A stretch of 64,000 nucleotides of DNA from Candidatus Poribacteria bacterium (lineage in GTDB: Bacteria; Poribacteria; WGA-4E; PCPOR2b). Positions 7,741-17,917 of the stretch are shown piece after piece. The DNA lies in contig CBDCUX010000005.1 in assembly GCA_965222805.1 (NCBI GenBank), positions 2,978,777-3,042,776 of the forward strand, given 5' to 3'. A program made the position numbers and the translations under genes. A model generated the notes under the pieces. That model was not told where the DNA came from. It ran no database searches and worked only from the letters and a program-made list of their open reading frames with translations. How positions within the stretch are numbered: the stretch's first letter is position 1; each line of letters begins with the position of its first letter.

Positions 7741-8613
7741 ATGCACTTGACAGAAGCTCAAATTTCCTCGTTCCACGAGGACGGTTACTTACGGTTGGAA
7801 AATGTGTTGGATACGGACGACTTACAGCCGGTCATTGACGAGTATTCTGATATTATTGACGGACGCGCACAGCAGCTGTACGCCGAAGGGAAGGTGAGTT
7901 CGCTGCATGAGGACGAATCGTTTACGCGGCGGTTACTGCTTCTAGCGAAGGAAGTTCCAGAAGTCGCTGGTAATCTGGATATTATGCAGGCGCGCGGCGA
8001 AGCAACCTTTAACTTCCTGAAAAACCCGAAGATTCTGGACGTGGCGGAATCGCTCTGCGGTTCGGAGATTGTGTGCAACCCCATCCAGCACATTCGGGCG
8101 GTCCTGCCGCACCGTGTGACCGGCGGGTCTCCGACCCACTTCCATCAGGACGTCGGCGTGTGTTGGCCCGATACCGACTCCTACTTTATGCTGACCGTCT
8201 GGGTTCCGGTTGTGGACGCAACGCTAGAGAACGGTTGTCTGGCGGTGCTGCCCGGCAGCCATAAATATGGTCTCCGGCAACATGCGTATACGCCCGGATT
8301 GGACGTGCCCCCGGAAGAACGTCCAGCCATCAAGTCTAAGCCGCTTCCCGTACCCGCAGGTGGGCTTATTCTATTCCACAACTACACGCTGCATCACGCA
8401 CTCGCCAACGAATCGGACGAAGTTCGCTGGAGTTTTGACCTGCGCTATCATGACGCCTATCAGCCGTCGGGACGCCCATTTTACCCGACGTTCCTCATGC
8501 GCAGCAAATTCCGTCCAGATGCGTTACAGACCGATTATGAGACGTGGTGTGAACGGTGGGAATTTGCACTGATGGCGGGGAAAGACGCCGTGCGCTATCG
8601 CTGGAAACGGTAA
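7741..8613 (+). CDS. Phytanoyl-CoA dioxygenase (PhyH) family protein
   Basis: 290 aa. PhyH-family 2OG-Fe(II) oxygenase hallmarks (HFHQD iron-binding region, C-terminal H...R). RBS AAGGAG 8 nt upstream. Confidence 0.75.
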   Translation: MHLTEAQISSFHEDGYLRLENVLDTDDLQPVIDEYSDIIDGRAQQLYAEGKVSSLHEDESFTRRLLLLAKEVPEVAGNLDIMQARGEATFNFLKNPKILDVAESLCGSEIVCNPIQHIRAVLPHRVTGGSPTHFHQDVGVCWPDTDSYFMLTVWVPVVDATLENGCLAVLPGSHKYGLRQHAYTPGLDVPPEERPAIKSKPLPVPAGGLILFHNYTLHHALANESDEVRWSFDLRYHDAYQPSGRPFYPTFLMRSKFRPDALQTDYETWCERWEFALMAGKDAVRYRWKR

Positions 8614-8646
8614 ATTTTCGCTTTACTAGGCGCATTTGAGACAGTA

Positions 8647-8741
8647 TTTTGGGCAACCACAACGGTTACCCCTATATTGGGTCAATTTCTCTAGGGGTTG
8701 GGTTTCCCAACCCCTAGGGCGAGGGAACCTCGCGCCTACAA
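8647..8741. repeat. Cluster of three REP-like palindromes ending in CTAT/CCTAC
   Basis: GGGCAACCACAACGGTTACCC-CTAT, then CTAGGGGTTGGGTTTCCCAACCCCTAG (12-bp perfect stem), then GCGAGGGAACCTCGCGCCTAC. Confidence 0.65.
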
Positions 8742-8830
8742 TAGAGAGTTATCGGCGAATTATGGACACGCCTCACATAAACGTCAACACGCCCTACATA
8801 CCTTAAATTTTTGTAAGGAGAACAGTAGAA

Positions 8831-10246
8831 ATGGGACCAGGGGACTCGTTTTTTGAACAGATTAATCTCAACTTCGACAGAGCCGCTCAGCTCACCGACT
8901 ACCCGCCCGGTCTACTTGAGCAGATCAAAATCTGCAATAGCGTCTGTCACATGACATTCCCGCTCAGAAGAGATGATGGAGAGATTGAAGTCATCCATGC
9001 GTGGCGAGCGGAACATAGTCATCACAAACAGCCGACAAAAGGTGGAATCCGTTACAGTACGTTGGTCAATGAGGACGAGGTGATCGCGCTCGCCGCCCTG
9101 ATGACATACAAATGCGCGATCGTCGATGTGCCGTTCGGTGGGGCAAAAGGGGGGCTTCAAATCGATATCAAGAAGTACTCCGCCGCGGAATTGGAACGCG
9201 TCACCCGCCGCTATACGTATGAATTGATTCAGAAGAATTTCATTGGTCCCGGGATAGATGTTCCCGCCCCGGACTACGGTACCGGGGAACGTGAAATGGC
9301 ATGGATTGCCCACACCTATAACTCATTCACTCCAGACAAGTTGGACGGCTTGGCATGTGTGACGGGGAAGCCGGTGGATCAAGGCGGCATTCACGGACGT
9401 GCAGCAGCAACGGGTAGAGGCGTGTATTTTGGCATCCGAGAGGTGTGCAGTTTCGCAGAAGATATGAAGGTGCTTGAGTTGACGCCGGGCCTAGAAGGTA
9501 AATCGGTTGTCATTCAAGGATTTGGCAACGTCGGGTACCACAGTGCCAAATTTTTAGAAGAAGGTGGGGCGGTGATTGTTGGATTAGCAGACATGAGCGG
9601 TGCCATCTACAACCCGAAAGGATTAGCTATCAAGGAAGTTTACCAGCATCGACAGGAAAAGGATTCTCTTCTCAATTTTCCCGGGGCGACTAATCTCCCA
9701 AACTTAGCTGATGTCCTCGAACTGGAATGTGACATCCTCATTCCAGCGGCACTTGAAAATCAGATTACCCGCGAGAACGCTTCTCGAATCAATGCCAAGA
9801 TTATCGCGGAAGCCGCAAACGGCCCAACAACCCCCGAAGCAGATGACATCCTCAAGGCGAACGGGGTGTGGGTTATTCCCGATGTGTATCTAAATGCGGG
9901 AGGCGTTACCATCTCTTATTTTGAATGGCTCAAGAATCTTTCGCATGTGCGGTTCGGTCAGCTGCAAAGAGGTTTTGAGGAAAATAGGGACAGAAATCTT
10001 TTGACGGCAATGGAAGGCGTGTCGGGTCAGCAGTTTTCAAATGCAGAACGGGATCGGTTGGCACATGGCGCTACGGAAGAAGATTTGGTGGATGCGTCAC
10101 TTGAGGAAACGATGGTGACTGCATACCATGAAATCAGAAGGGAATCAGAAGCACTTGGAAAAGAGGCGGACTTGAGAACCGCGGCGTTGGTCATCGCTAT
10201 CCATCAGATTGCTCGATCTTATATGCAATCAGGAATCTTTCCGTAG
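8831..10246 (+). CDS. gdhA: Glutamate dehydrogenase (Glu/Leu/Phe/Val dehydrogenase family)
   Basis: 471 aa. Catalytic motif VPFGGAKGG and Rossmann GFGNVG present. Colinear with bacterial GdhA/RocG. Confidence 0.8.
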   Translation: MGPGDSFFEQINLNFDRAAQLTDYPPGLLEQIKICNSVCHMTFPLRRDDGEIEVIHAWRAEHSHHKQPTKGGIRYSTLVNEDEVIALAALMTYKCAIVDVPFGGAKGGLQIDIKKYSAAELERVTRRYTYELIQKNFIGPGIDVPAPDYGTGEREMAWIAHTYNSFTPDKLDGLACVTGKPVDQGGIHGRAAATGRGVYFGIREVCSFAEDMKVLELTPGLEGKSVVIQGFGNVGYHSAKFLEEGGAVIVGLADMSGAIYNPKGLAIKEVYQHRQEKDSLLNFPGATNLPNLADVLELECDILIPAALENQITRENASRINAKIIAEAANGPTTPEADDILKANGVWVIPDVYLNAGGVTISYFEWLKNLSHVRFGQLQRGFEENRDRNLLTAMEGVSGQQFSNAERDRLAHGATEEDLVDASLEETMVTAYHEIRRESEALGKEADLRTAALVIAIHQIARSYMQSGIFP

Positions 10247-10283
10247 TACATGTTACTGTGAAAAGGGGATCGACAGCGCTTCA

Positions 10284-10316
10284 AACCACCCGAAGGTTTC
10301 GCACCTTGGGGTGGTT
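10284..10316. terminator. Hairpin between convergent genes (gdh and epimerase), likely bidirectional terminator
   Basis: AACCACCC-GAAGGTTTCGCACCTTG-GGGTGGTT, an 8-bp perfect outer stem. Confidence 0.4.
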
Positions 10317-10358
10317 CTCTCCATAGCCACTCAATATCTTTAGTCCGCAGAGAAACCA

Positions 10359-11276
10359 CTAATTCTCAAGCACACTTCGTTCAGGCACAAAGCCGAGTTC
10401 TTCCTCGATTCGGTTGATCTCGTACACTGGATCTCTTTCATGTCCGGGGCGTGTGTAGTGGGAAAGATCTATCTGATCGGCATCCGCACCATACCATCCA
10501 CGAATAATATCGGGGACAGTATCCTCGGCGCAGGCTTGTGCTCCCACCGCGTTCAGGATGCGAACCCCCGGTTTATGCGAGGCTTCGGCGGCAAGCGTCA
10601 AACAGCGCACCGTATCGCTGAGGTACATGTATGAAATCGACCCCATCGACCACTGTCCTACCGGTCCCACCTTTCTGGGAGTCAATTCACGGTCGTCGGG
10701 GGCAATGCTCGCTAGGCGGATGTTAATAAAGTCCAGATCCTCATTCTGACGCGCCAGATAGCGCGAGACCTCCTCCATCATATACTTCGAGAAGCCGTAT
10801 CCCACGCGATCGAGACAGGGGTGTTCGTCGGGCATCGGTAATTGCAGGGGTCTGAACAGGGGAGACTGAAATCCGACAGCTGCAATCGAACTGGCGAGAA
10901 CGAATTTCTTGCAGCCGCCATCCACAAAGTATCGCACGAGTTGGTGTGTGCCCATAACATTGACCCGGAGTTGTTCCGCTTCGGTTCCGCCCCCCGTTAC
11001 CGCCGCGAGATGAACTACGACATCAACCCCGTAGGGATCTAATTTCTGTAGGTCGTCGGGCGATGTAAAATCGCCTTGCACTGCTGTTACGCCCTCTACT
11101 TCTGTCTCTTGCCTAGAGATACAGAAAACTTCGTGGCCTTTCGCCATTGAACCCGCGAGTGCACACCCGATAAATCCGCTGGTGCCAGTGATTAGGACTC
11201 TACTCATCTTACACTCCTTCTTTTGAACTTGTTCAGGTTGCAGGGAGTCCGTAGGTCGAGTTTCCATACTCGACAC
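10359..11276 (-). CDS. NAD-dependent epimerase/dehydratase family (SDR) protein
   Basis: N-terminal ITGTSGFIGCAL glycine-rich NAD(P)-binding motif. 305 aa. Confidence 0.7.
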   Translation of the reverse strand: MSSMETRPTDSLQPEQVQKKECKMSRVLITGTSGFIGCALAGSMAKGHEVFCISRQETEVEGVTAVQGDFTSPDDLQKLDPYGVDVVVHLAAVTGGGTEAEQLRVNVMGTHQLVRYFVDGGCKKFVLASSIAAVGFQSPLFRPLQLPMPDEHPCLDRVGYGFSKYMMEEVSRYLARQNEDLDFINIRLASIAPDDRELTPRKVGPVGQWSMGSISYMYLSDTVRCLTLAAEASHKPGVRILNAVGAQACAEDTVPDIIRGWYGADADQIDLSHYTRPGHERDPVYEINRIEEELGFVPERSVLEN

Positions 11277-11285
11277 TTACTAGAG

Positions 11286-11663
11286 ATAACGCAAGTTGCT
11301 AGGCAATCTATAGCTCGCGTTTTGATACCCGACACCTATCAGAAATAATCAAATTTACGACACACCTGTTGCCCCTCTGGGGCTTTTTGGATCGGGCAAA
11401 TTTGAGAAGATCCCGTGCCCGGGGATGCCCGACCTACGGGAGTGGTGCGCTTTGATACACACGTTGCCCCGTTGGGCTTTATGACTTGGGTGAGACACCC
11501 TCTGCTATGCATATTGCGCTCCTCTGGAGCACGGAGACTGGGTATATCTGCATTCTATAGACATATTGCTCCGCTGGAGCGGAAGGTAGGGCACTTGACG
11601 GGCGGTGGGACCTCGCCCCTACAGTCAAATCGATGGATTTTCAATGCCTAGCAGCTTGAATTA
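11286..11663. repeat. Family C tandem hairpin-repeat array, copy 2, preceded by an inverted REP (GTAGGTCGAG..CTCGAC at 11259-11285)
   Basis: Units ..GATACCCGACACCTATCAGAAATAA.., ..TTGCCCCTCTGGGGC.., ..TTGCCCCGTTGGGC.., ..GCGCTCCTCTGGAGC.., ..TATAGACATATTGCTCCGCTGGAGCGG.. The last unit and the trailing ATGGATTTTCAATGC are near-identical to the end of the array at 1077-1295. Confidence 0.6.
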
Positions 11664-11671
11664 CAATAACA

Positions 11672-11842
11672 GGACTTACGCAAATTTAGTATGCGGCACG
11701 AGATTTTTCTGTTTTTAACCCCCTAAATCCCCCTTATCAGGGGGACTTGATAACTAACCCCCTAACCCCCCTGCCCCCTTATCAGGGGGAGTCCCCTTGT
11801 CAGGGGAGTTGCAGGGGACTTATGAACCAACTGCGTAAGTCC
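11672..11842. repeat. MITE-like element family B copy 1 (terminal inverted repeats GGACTTACGCA)
   Basis: Left GGACTTACGCAAATTTAG, right GAACCAACTGCGTAAGTCC (reverse complement GGACTTACGCAGTTGGTTC). The core shares CTAAATCCCC, CCCCCTTATCAGGGGG and CCCCTTGTCAGGGG modules with family A. Second copy at 37866-38006. Confidence 0.75.
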
Positions 11843-11849
11843 TAAATAA

Positions 11850-12863
11850 TCAATCTTCCGACCATCGTATGACCGCACCGACCACATCCTTGACGCTGTT
11901 ATTGTTGATAGCGTCATACAGGGCTGGTGATTCCTCCCCTTCGGCGCGATGTGTAATCGTATGAGACCACGGCAAGACACCTGTCGCCATGTTCTTGAGC
12001 ACCGCGCGTCGGCAAGGCGCGAAGCCGTCGTCGCACGGGTAGAACATCGTCAACCGTTTGCCGTGGGGCGGTGCAAATTGATAGGAGAGCGGGGCTGTGC
12101 CGTAATGCCCCTGAAGCACAAACTTACCGTGCCTCCTACACAGTTCAATTGCCGGATCGATACACGCAGGAACACCGGTGGATTCAAAGACCACATCGGC
12201 ACCGTCAGGCGCAATTTTCTGTAGTTCCTCCACCACGTTTTGGGTGGAACCGTTGATCAGGAAATCCGCGCCGAGTTTTCGGGCGACTTCCAGTCTGTTC
12301 TGTTCGAGGTCAACGGCAACGACGACGCAGCCCCGATGGCTGCAGGCAGCGATGACCCCCAACCCGACCAATCCTGCGCCGTACACCGCGACGACATCTC
12401 CCATCCGCGGGTTTGCTGTATCGACGCCGTTCAAGCCGACCGCCGGCATCACAAACAGGCTCGCAGCGTCGGTGGGAACACCTTCGGGCAGCAGTTCCAA
12501 GCCGTGCGTTGTTTGCGGGCGGACGACAGCAGCGGAACAATGAACACCGGCCGCGGCTGAAACCTTCGTCCCATCGGGCAGCTGCATCCCCTCCCGGTTA
12601 TCCCGGTAATAGACCTTATCGCCGACTTTGAACGCATCGACCTTATCGCCAACGTGTTCGACAACACCGACCCCTTGATAGCCGGTACACAGTGGATACT
12701 GCTGCCCAGCTATCTTGTTGCGGATCAGGGCAAACTCCGTTCCAATGCTAACCCCGCTGTACAACGCCCGTATCAGGAGATGTTCCGGTCCCGGATCGGG
12801 CAAGGTGATATCGGCATAGCTAAAGTTCTGATTTTCGTCACAGATAAGCGCTTTGGCGTGCAT
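11850..12863 (-). CDS. MDR-family (medium-chain) alcohol dehydrogenase-like oxidoreductase
   Basis: 337 aa. Rossmann VYGAGLVGLGV. GroES-like N-terminal domain. Confidence 0.65.
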   Translation of the reverse strand: MHAKALICDENQNFSYADITLPDPGPEHLLIRALYSGVSIGTEFALIRNKIAGQQYPLCTGYQGVGVVEHVGDKVDAFKVGDKVYYRDNREGMQLPDGTKVSAAAGVHCSAAVVRPQTTHGLELLPEGVPTDAASLFVMPAVGLNGVDTANPRMGDVVAVYGAGLVGLGVIAACSHRGCVVVAVDLEQNRLEVARKLGADFLINGSTQNVVEELQKIAPDGADVVFESTGVPACIDPAIELCRRHGKFVLQGHYGTAPLSYQFAPPHGKRLTMFYPCDDGFAPCRRAVLKNMATGVLPWSHTITHRAEGEESPALYDAINNNSVKDVVGAVIRWSED

Positions 12864-12888
12864 TTTTTAACACCTCATGTAAATATTT

Positions 12889-12916
12889 CGTCGAGATATA
12901 AATCTCGACCTACAGG
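12889..12916. repeat. REP-like palindrome GTCGAGATATAAATCTCGAC followed by CTAC
   Basis: Near-identical to 42388-42412 (GTCGAGATATGAATCTCGACCTAC). Confidence 0.6.
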
Positions 12917-12933
12917 TTCTGTTGACGTTTGAC

Positions 12934-15900
12934 TTAAAAACGCGGCAGTTCATGCGTCACGTGGCGTGTGTTGTATTCAAGTTGATAGCGGAGGTACGCG
13001 GGATCCTGTGGGTAATTTTCCGCATCGGGATACGGATAGACAGACATGTCGTGGAATGGTAGGGGTCCAACTGTCTGCGAAGACAGTGTATTGATATCGC
13101 CATCTTTATCCCATCCGTCGCTGTAGAGGATGAAATCTCGCTCCCAACCCTCTTCCAATGGCGGCAGGTTGTCGGCATCGAACTCGACAGTCATCTCGTC
13201 GCCTGCGTTCAAGATGACATACATATCGTCAATCTCCTCCAGCAGGGGTGTCACTTCTCCGTGCCGGGTGTAATACCCCGCCAGATCTCGCCACTGCTTC
13301 GTTGTTACAACTTCATTGTAATCAAACAGATGCGGCGCGTGAGGGGTCGGGCGATACATCTTAGAAAAGCCGCGGTAGTGGAGGTCTGCGTGATTCGGAA
13401 GCAGCGTCGTGATACGGGTCGGCACGTCCTGCTCGCCGATTGTGAAAAACGCTGAATCCCAGTAAATCTGCATATCGGTTGTAATTTTTACCTCCCGATC
13501 CTCCGACAGGAATTTGCCCGTTAGATCGATGCAGATAGTCTTGTTTTTACCCGCCGGAATGCCAATGGGGTCGATGACTGTCTGCCACTCTCCATTTTCA
13601 TCACGAACTTGTAGGTAAGGAAAAATAGGGTTAATTGATGGATTCTGCGAGAGTGCTACATTGATACTGGTATCAGTTGGGAAGATCCAGCCGGTGAGGA
13701 ATAAAGTTAGCTGCAGGTCATCACGCACGTCCCCTAAATCGAGAACGATGAAGTGGGGATCAACGACACCTTGGAATGCCCCCGGTTCGTGTTCAATCGC
13801 ATAGCGATAATCGGTCGCTTTGAGTGCATCGGAGATATCGTATCCATGGTGGTCGAGTGCCGTGTATGGACGATGAATCTCTTTCGCCGCGTAGATCTTG
13901 AACTCTGGAAACGGCGGTGGGGTATACTTCTCATCGACGAAGATTTGTGTCCCGGCGGGATGGTCTATGGCAAGCAGCTTGACCATATCAAAATAGGCGG
14001 TCTCCCAGAGTTCCTCTGTAATCTGAAGCGAATAGACTCCTGCCTTCGGCTTCATGAGTTCACCGGGAATTTTGACGTAATCTGCGGTTTCAGCGGGTGC
14101 GAGAAATCCCATTGGTGTGACCATCCCAAGCGGGCTGCGCCACAGCAGATCTGTTACGAACTGATAACCACCACCGTCATAAACGTAGAGGAATGGACAC
14201 GACCCTTTTAACACCTGCTTTTCGAGGATGCGCTGGTTTGACTTGGGGGTGATGACATTTTGTGGAACGCCGTTTGTCCAGACAACCCGCAGTACATCTG
14301 CCTGTTGCTCTTTTCCCAAACCGAAATGCGTTATCGGGTCGGTAATGTATTTTATCTGGTAGAGTTCCCCAACCTTGAGTTCCACTTTGGCACCAATACC
14401 GTCAATGTTGTTCTTGTTGTTACCGGCGTTGACACCCTCTAACTTCACTTGCAGCCAACTGTTTTGATCCCCACCCTCGTTGCGCAGCACTACCACTCTA
14501 CCATCGAGGTCAATCAGGAAGAGGTCAAGGTCTCCGTCGTTGTCATAATCGCCAACGGTCCCGTCACCGCCGCTCCGAATTGTATCAGGCAGGAGATTTG
14601 AGGCGTCGGTGAAGCGACCTGTCCCATCGTTCCGAAACAGGAAAACGCCACGCCCCTCCGCTTCTCGTGGCACACCGATAAGCCACAGATCCAAAAAACC
14701 GTCGTTGTCATAATCGAGGAAATGGACATCTGAACCGCGCACACCTTCTGCGGCGTTAATAGCCTCCTCAGACGAACGCACATCGGGGGCAAAGGTGCCA
14801 TCGCCGCGGTTTCGATAGAGCTGATGAGGAGTTTCACCATCGGTTGTTAGAACCAGGTCAATATCGCCATCGTTATCGTAGTCACCGACTGCAACCGCTG
14901 TGAAAGAATAGTTTTGGGATAACCCTATTTCATCGGTCAACGCCTCCATTTTTCCTTGACGTAGGTTTGTGTAGAGGGTACAGCCACTCCCGTCATTTAT
15001 GATCAGCAGGTCAGTATCGCCATCATCGTCAAAATCGCCGATCCCTGCATCCCGTGCACCGGGGCGTTCCGGTGGGATAAAGGTCTGATCGCTGACATCG
15101 CTGAAAACACCATCCCCATTGTTGCGACGCATTTCCACCCGGTCGTCCGTTGCGAACAGATCCAGATCGCCGTCATGGTCATAATCGACAAACAGGGTTG
15201 GTTTGCTGTTCTTTGAATCCTGATCCGGTTGGGCGACGGTAGACTCTGTCATCTCGGTAATTTCCGTGAAGCTGCCCGCTCCATCATTGCGGAGAAAGAT
15301 AGGTCCCTTGTCTCCGGACAGACAGAGATCCGGGTCGCCATCCTTATCGATATCAGCGAAGGCGGCGGTGCCTCCCCGGTGCCCGATTTGTGCAGCGGGG
15401 ACAAATTCTCCACCTTCGTTCCGAAAGAGATTAGGTGTAGCGTTTAATACAACGGAGGGGATATACAGATCGAGATCGCCCTCGTTATCGTAGTCTGTCA
15501 GGAGAATGTTGGAACGTTCTCCGTTCAGGTCGGCAAGCCCGATTTCCTGAGTCAAATCGGCAAAGCTAATCTCGATTGGTGGTGTCTGCTTTGCTTTCAC
15601 TCGTGCCTTGAACCCGGGGCTGAATTCTTCGATTGGATGCCCCAAGATGTTCGTCACTAACTCTCCGATCCCCTGTTGATAGCGGGGACTTCGCTTTTGG
15701 ACGTTCTCAAAAATTTGAATATATCGGGCTGCCCCTTTGGCGTCGCCTTGGTCTATCAAAACCAGCCCCTGTTTCAGATACTTCAGGAACTCTTCATCGG
15801 CGTCCCACAGCAGGGCATTCAGCTCCATGCAGATCCGCTTCGCTTCCTCAAGTTGTTCCCGCCGTAAAAGTGAATTTGCCAACTTGAGCACCACCACCAC

Positions 15901-16443
15901 ATTCGCTGGGGTCCTCCCACGCAACGCCCGCAGGTGGGAAATCGCTTTATCCGTTGCCTCCGGGCTATCCCGCTGACCCAGATAGTGGCGCACCAGTTCA
16001 TAGCGCACTTCGAGGTCGTCGGGTGCAAGTTTCACTGCCTCCAGAATAGCGGCAACTGCTTCCGCCGCTTTCCCTTGCGATTGATAGATCTCCGCCGAGA
16101 TGAAATGTAACCGGCTATCCATCGGTTCAACCTCAAGCCCATGTTTGACCCACGTTTCCGCTTCCTCACGTTGCTTGAGGCGTAGATGCGCGACGGCGAG
16201 GTTGCCGTAACCGATCGATTCGTCGGGTACTAAGTTGACAAGTCCCTGAAATTGCTCAATCGCTTGATGCGGTTGGGATTCTTCGAGATAAGCCAATCCA
16301 AGGTTCTGGTGACGAATCGCGGATGTGACGATTTCGTCAGCGGTCTGTTGCGAGTTGGCAGTTGGGATGCATAGGAGCAGTAAAACGTGAAGTATGAAAC
16401 ATGATAAGAGAAGATTGATTGGTTTAGGAGTAGAGAAGTTCAT
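12934..16443 (-). CDS. CRTAC1-family protein: signal peptide, TPR repeats, FG-GAP/VCBS repeats, ASPIC/UnbV C-terminal domain
   Basis: 1169 aa. Repeated DYDNDGDLDL / GDFDDDGDTDL calcium-binding FG-GAP-like motifs. N-terminal TPR helices. The C-terminal roughly 400 aa is beta-rich, as in ASPIC/UnbV. Confidence 0.7.
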   Translation of the reverse strand: MNFSTPKPINLLLSCFILHVLLLLCIPTANSQQTADEIVTSAIRHQNLGLAYLEESQPHQAIEQFQGLVNLVPDESIGYGNLAVAHLRLKQREEAETWVKHGLEVEPMDSRLHFISAEIYQSQGKAAEAVAAILEAVKLAPDDLEVRYELVRHYLGQRDSPEATDKAISHLRALRGRTPANVVVVLKLANSLLRREQLEEAKRICMELNALLWDADEEFLKYLKQGLVLIDQGDAKGAARYIQIFENVQKRSPRYQQGIGELVTNILGHPIEEFSPGFKARVKAKQTPPIEISFADLTQEIGLADLNGERSNILLTDYDNEGDLDLYIPSVVLNATPNLFRNEGGEFVPAAQIGHRGGTAAFADIDKDGDPDLCLSGDKGPIFLRNDGAGSFTEITEMTESTVAQPDQDSKNSKPTLFVDYDHDGDLDLFATDDRVEMRRNNGDGVFSDVSDQTFIPPERPGARDAGIGDFDDDGDTDLLIINDGSGCTLYTNLRQGKMEALTDEIGLSQNYSFTAVAVGDYDNDGDIDLVLTTDGETPHQLYRNRGDGTFAPDVRSSEEAINAAEGVRGSDVHFLDYDNDGFLDLWLIGVPREAEGRGVFLFRNDGTGRFTDASNLLPDTIRSGGDGTVGDYDNDGDLDLFLIDLDGRVVVLRNEGGDQNSWLQVKLEGVNAGNNKNNIDGIGAKVELKVGELYQIKYITDPITHFGLGKEQQADVLRVVWTNGVPQNVITPKSNQRILEKQVLKGSCPFLYVYDGGGYQFVTDLLWRSPLGMVTPMGFLAPAETADYVKIPGELMKPKAGVYSLQITEELWETAYFDMVKLLAIDHPAGTQIFVDEKYTPPPFPEFKIYAAKEIHRPYTALDHHGYDISDALKATDYRYAIEHEPGAFQGVVDPHFIVLDLGDVRDDLQLTLFLTGWIFPTDTSINVALSQNPSINPIFPYLQVRDENGEWQTVIDPIGIPAGKNKTICIDLTGKFLSEDREVKITTDMQIYWDSAFFTIGEQDVPTRITTLLPNHADLHYRGFSKMYRPTPHAPHLFDYNEVVTTKQWRDLAGYYTRHGEVTPLLEEIDDMYVILNAGDEMTVEFDADNLPPLEEGWERDFILYSDGWDKDGDINTLSSQTVGPLPFHDMSVYPYPDAENYPQDPAYLRYQLEYNTRHVTHELPRF

Positions 16444-16456
16444 ATTTCTATTGCCT

Positions 16457-16546
16457 GAGAAGGACGCAGATCCGCGTTCTCTACGAATTGCCTACGTTGC
16501 GCTAACCCGCTTAGACTTTGGGTCGGGCAAGATGTCCGACCTACAG
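16457..16546. repeat. REP-like palindromes (GGACGCAGATCCGCGTTCT-CTAC and GTCGGGCAAGATGTCCGAC-CTAC)
   Basis: Same CCTAC-terminated hairpin architecture as the other REP copies. Confidence 0.6.
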
Positions 16547-16647
16547 TATGGTGTTGGGTTACACTCAATCTATCTATAAGCGGGTGTTATCACAAAGCAC
16601 AGATTCTATTGTCATCAATCGGGATTCGCTTTTGCCGTTCAACCCAA

Positions 16648-17685
16648 CTATTTGCCTTCCAACTCGGCGCGGACGATACGCGTCCCGGCGACGAGATTTT
16701 GCAGCTTCAGACAGCAGAGCCAGCGCGGAAGCTGGAAGAAGCCACAGTCAGGCGAAATACTCAATCGTTCGGGGGGACAGTGTTGTAAAATTTGGCGGAT
16801 GCGGCTGGCAATCTCCTCAGGCGGTTCGTTCCAAAAACTCTTGATGTCCACGACGCCCGCCATAAAGTCGAACTTTCCCTCGAATCTACTGTAGATGTCG
16901 TGCTCAACCATTTCGCGGTTGGCGAATTCCATTGATAGGCATTCAACGTTCATATCCAGCAGTGCTGGGAACATCCAGTCGTACCGGCGTTTGCCACGGG
17001 GCCGTGATCCCAAATTGCCAAAGCAGATGTGCAGGTTCTTTCGCACCGATACCCCATCAAGAGCACGGTTGAGCAGTGCTACCCAATCTTCAAATTTGCC
17101 GGGGATGATGCCGAAGCTCGGCTCGTCAAGTTGGACTTCGGTACATCCCTCCGCTTCAAGGGCTTTCAATTCACTGTTGATGACTTCGGCAAACTCCCAT
17201 CCAAGTTCGACTCGATCTTTGTATGGGTCGCCTTCGCGGATTTGGATGTGCATGGTCAGCGTCAGGGGACCTGGGCAACACGCCTTGATCCGCTGCCCTT
17301 CGCCAGCGTTTGCTTTCAGGAATCGGAATTCATCCACAATCCCCAAGCCTGCGGGGATACTCACCTGATCTTCAATATAGTAACGTGGGACGCTGTCGTA
17401 GGCATACAGTCCGGCTTGGCGGAGGACCGGTCGTTCAATTAATCCCTCCATCCGTCCGTAGAAGTTTTGCACGAAGTACCAGCGACGCATTTCACCGTCC
17501 GTGATGGTATCGATGCCAGCTTCCTTCTGATCCCAGATTGCTAGCCGGACGGCATCATCGTAAACTTCTCTTTCGTCGGTGGGTCCATACTCACCACGTT
17601 TTTGTGCATCCATCGCGGTCCAAAACCAGCCCGGCATCGCATGGGAACCGATCACTGTAGTAGGAAGCAATTGTTCGTATGGCAT
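16648..17685 (-). CDS. Cobalamin-independent methionine synthase (MetE) C-terminal-domain-like protein (UROD/MetE-like superfamily)
   Basis: MPYEQLLPTTVIGSHAMPGW resembles the MetE catalytic-domain start (LPTTTIGSFPQ). Start placed at ATG 17685, which has GAAGGAG 6 nt upstream. The longer track ORF from 17757 lacks an RBS. Confidence 0.6.
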   Translation of the reverse strand: MPYEQLLPTTVIGSHAMPGWFWTAMDAQKRGEYGPTDEREVYDDAVRLAIWDQKEAGIDTITDGEMRRWYFVQNFYGRMEGLIERPVLRQAGLYAYDSVPRYYIEDQVSIPAGLGIVDEFRFLKANAGEGQRIKACCPGPLTLTMHIQIREGDPYKDRVELGWEFAEVINSELKALEAEGCTEVQLDEPSFGIIPGKFEDWVALLNRALDGVSVRKNLHICFGNLGSRPRGKRRYDWMFPALLDMNVECLSMEFANREMVEHDIYSRFEGKFDFMAGVVDIKSFWNEPPEEIASRIRQILQHCPPERLSISPDCGFFQLPRWLCCLKLQNLVAGTRIVRAELEGK

Positions 17686-17917
17686 GAATGCTCCTTCATA
17701 ATTAAGGTGTCTAAAGTGTATAGTGAGTTTTAGAGTTACGGTTTCTAACTTTAGCATATTTGACTTACTTTAGCAACACTTTATCACGGCTGCCTATGAA
17801 TTATCCCTTGACAATATCGCCGAATTAAGATAAATTGTTCACTGTTTATGAGCAGATTTATCCGCAAAAAAAATCAAAAACCCGTTACCATCTGCGGGAA
17901 AGTTACTGGAGGACTTC

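Noticed and set aside
12178-12560. Plus-strand ORFs within the MDR dehydrogenase gene
   Set aside because: Antisense to a well-supported CDS. Translations are Arg/Pro/Ala-rich, as expected from GC-rich antisense frames.
17686-17757. N-terminal 24-aa extension of the MetE-like ORF, and similar extensions at 59936-60118, 53761-53943, 55828-55851 and 60472-60489
   Set aside because: Internal start codons have canonical AAGGAG/GGAGG ribosome-binding sites at 6-10 nt. The longer ORFs begin with rare or alternative codons, inside RBS sequences, or lack an RBS.
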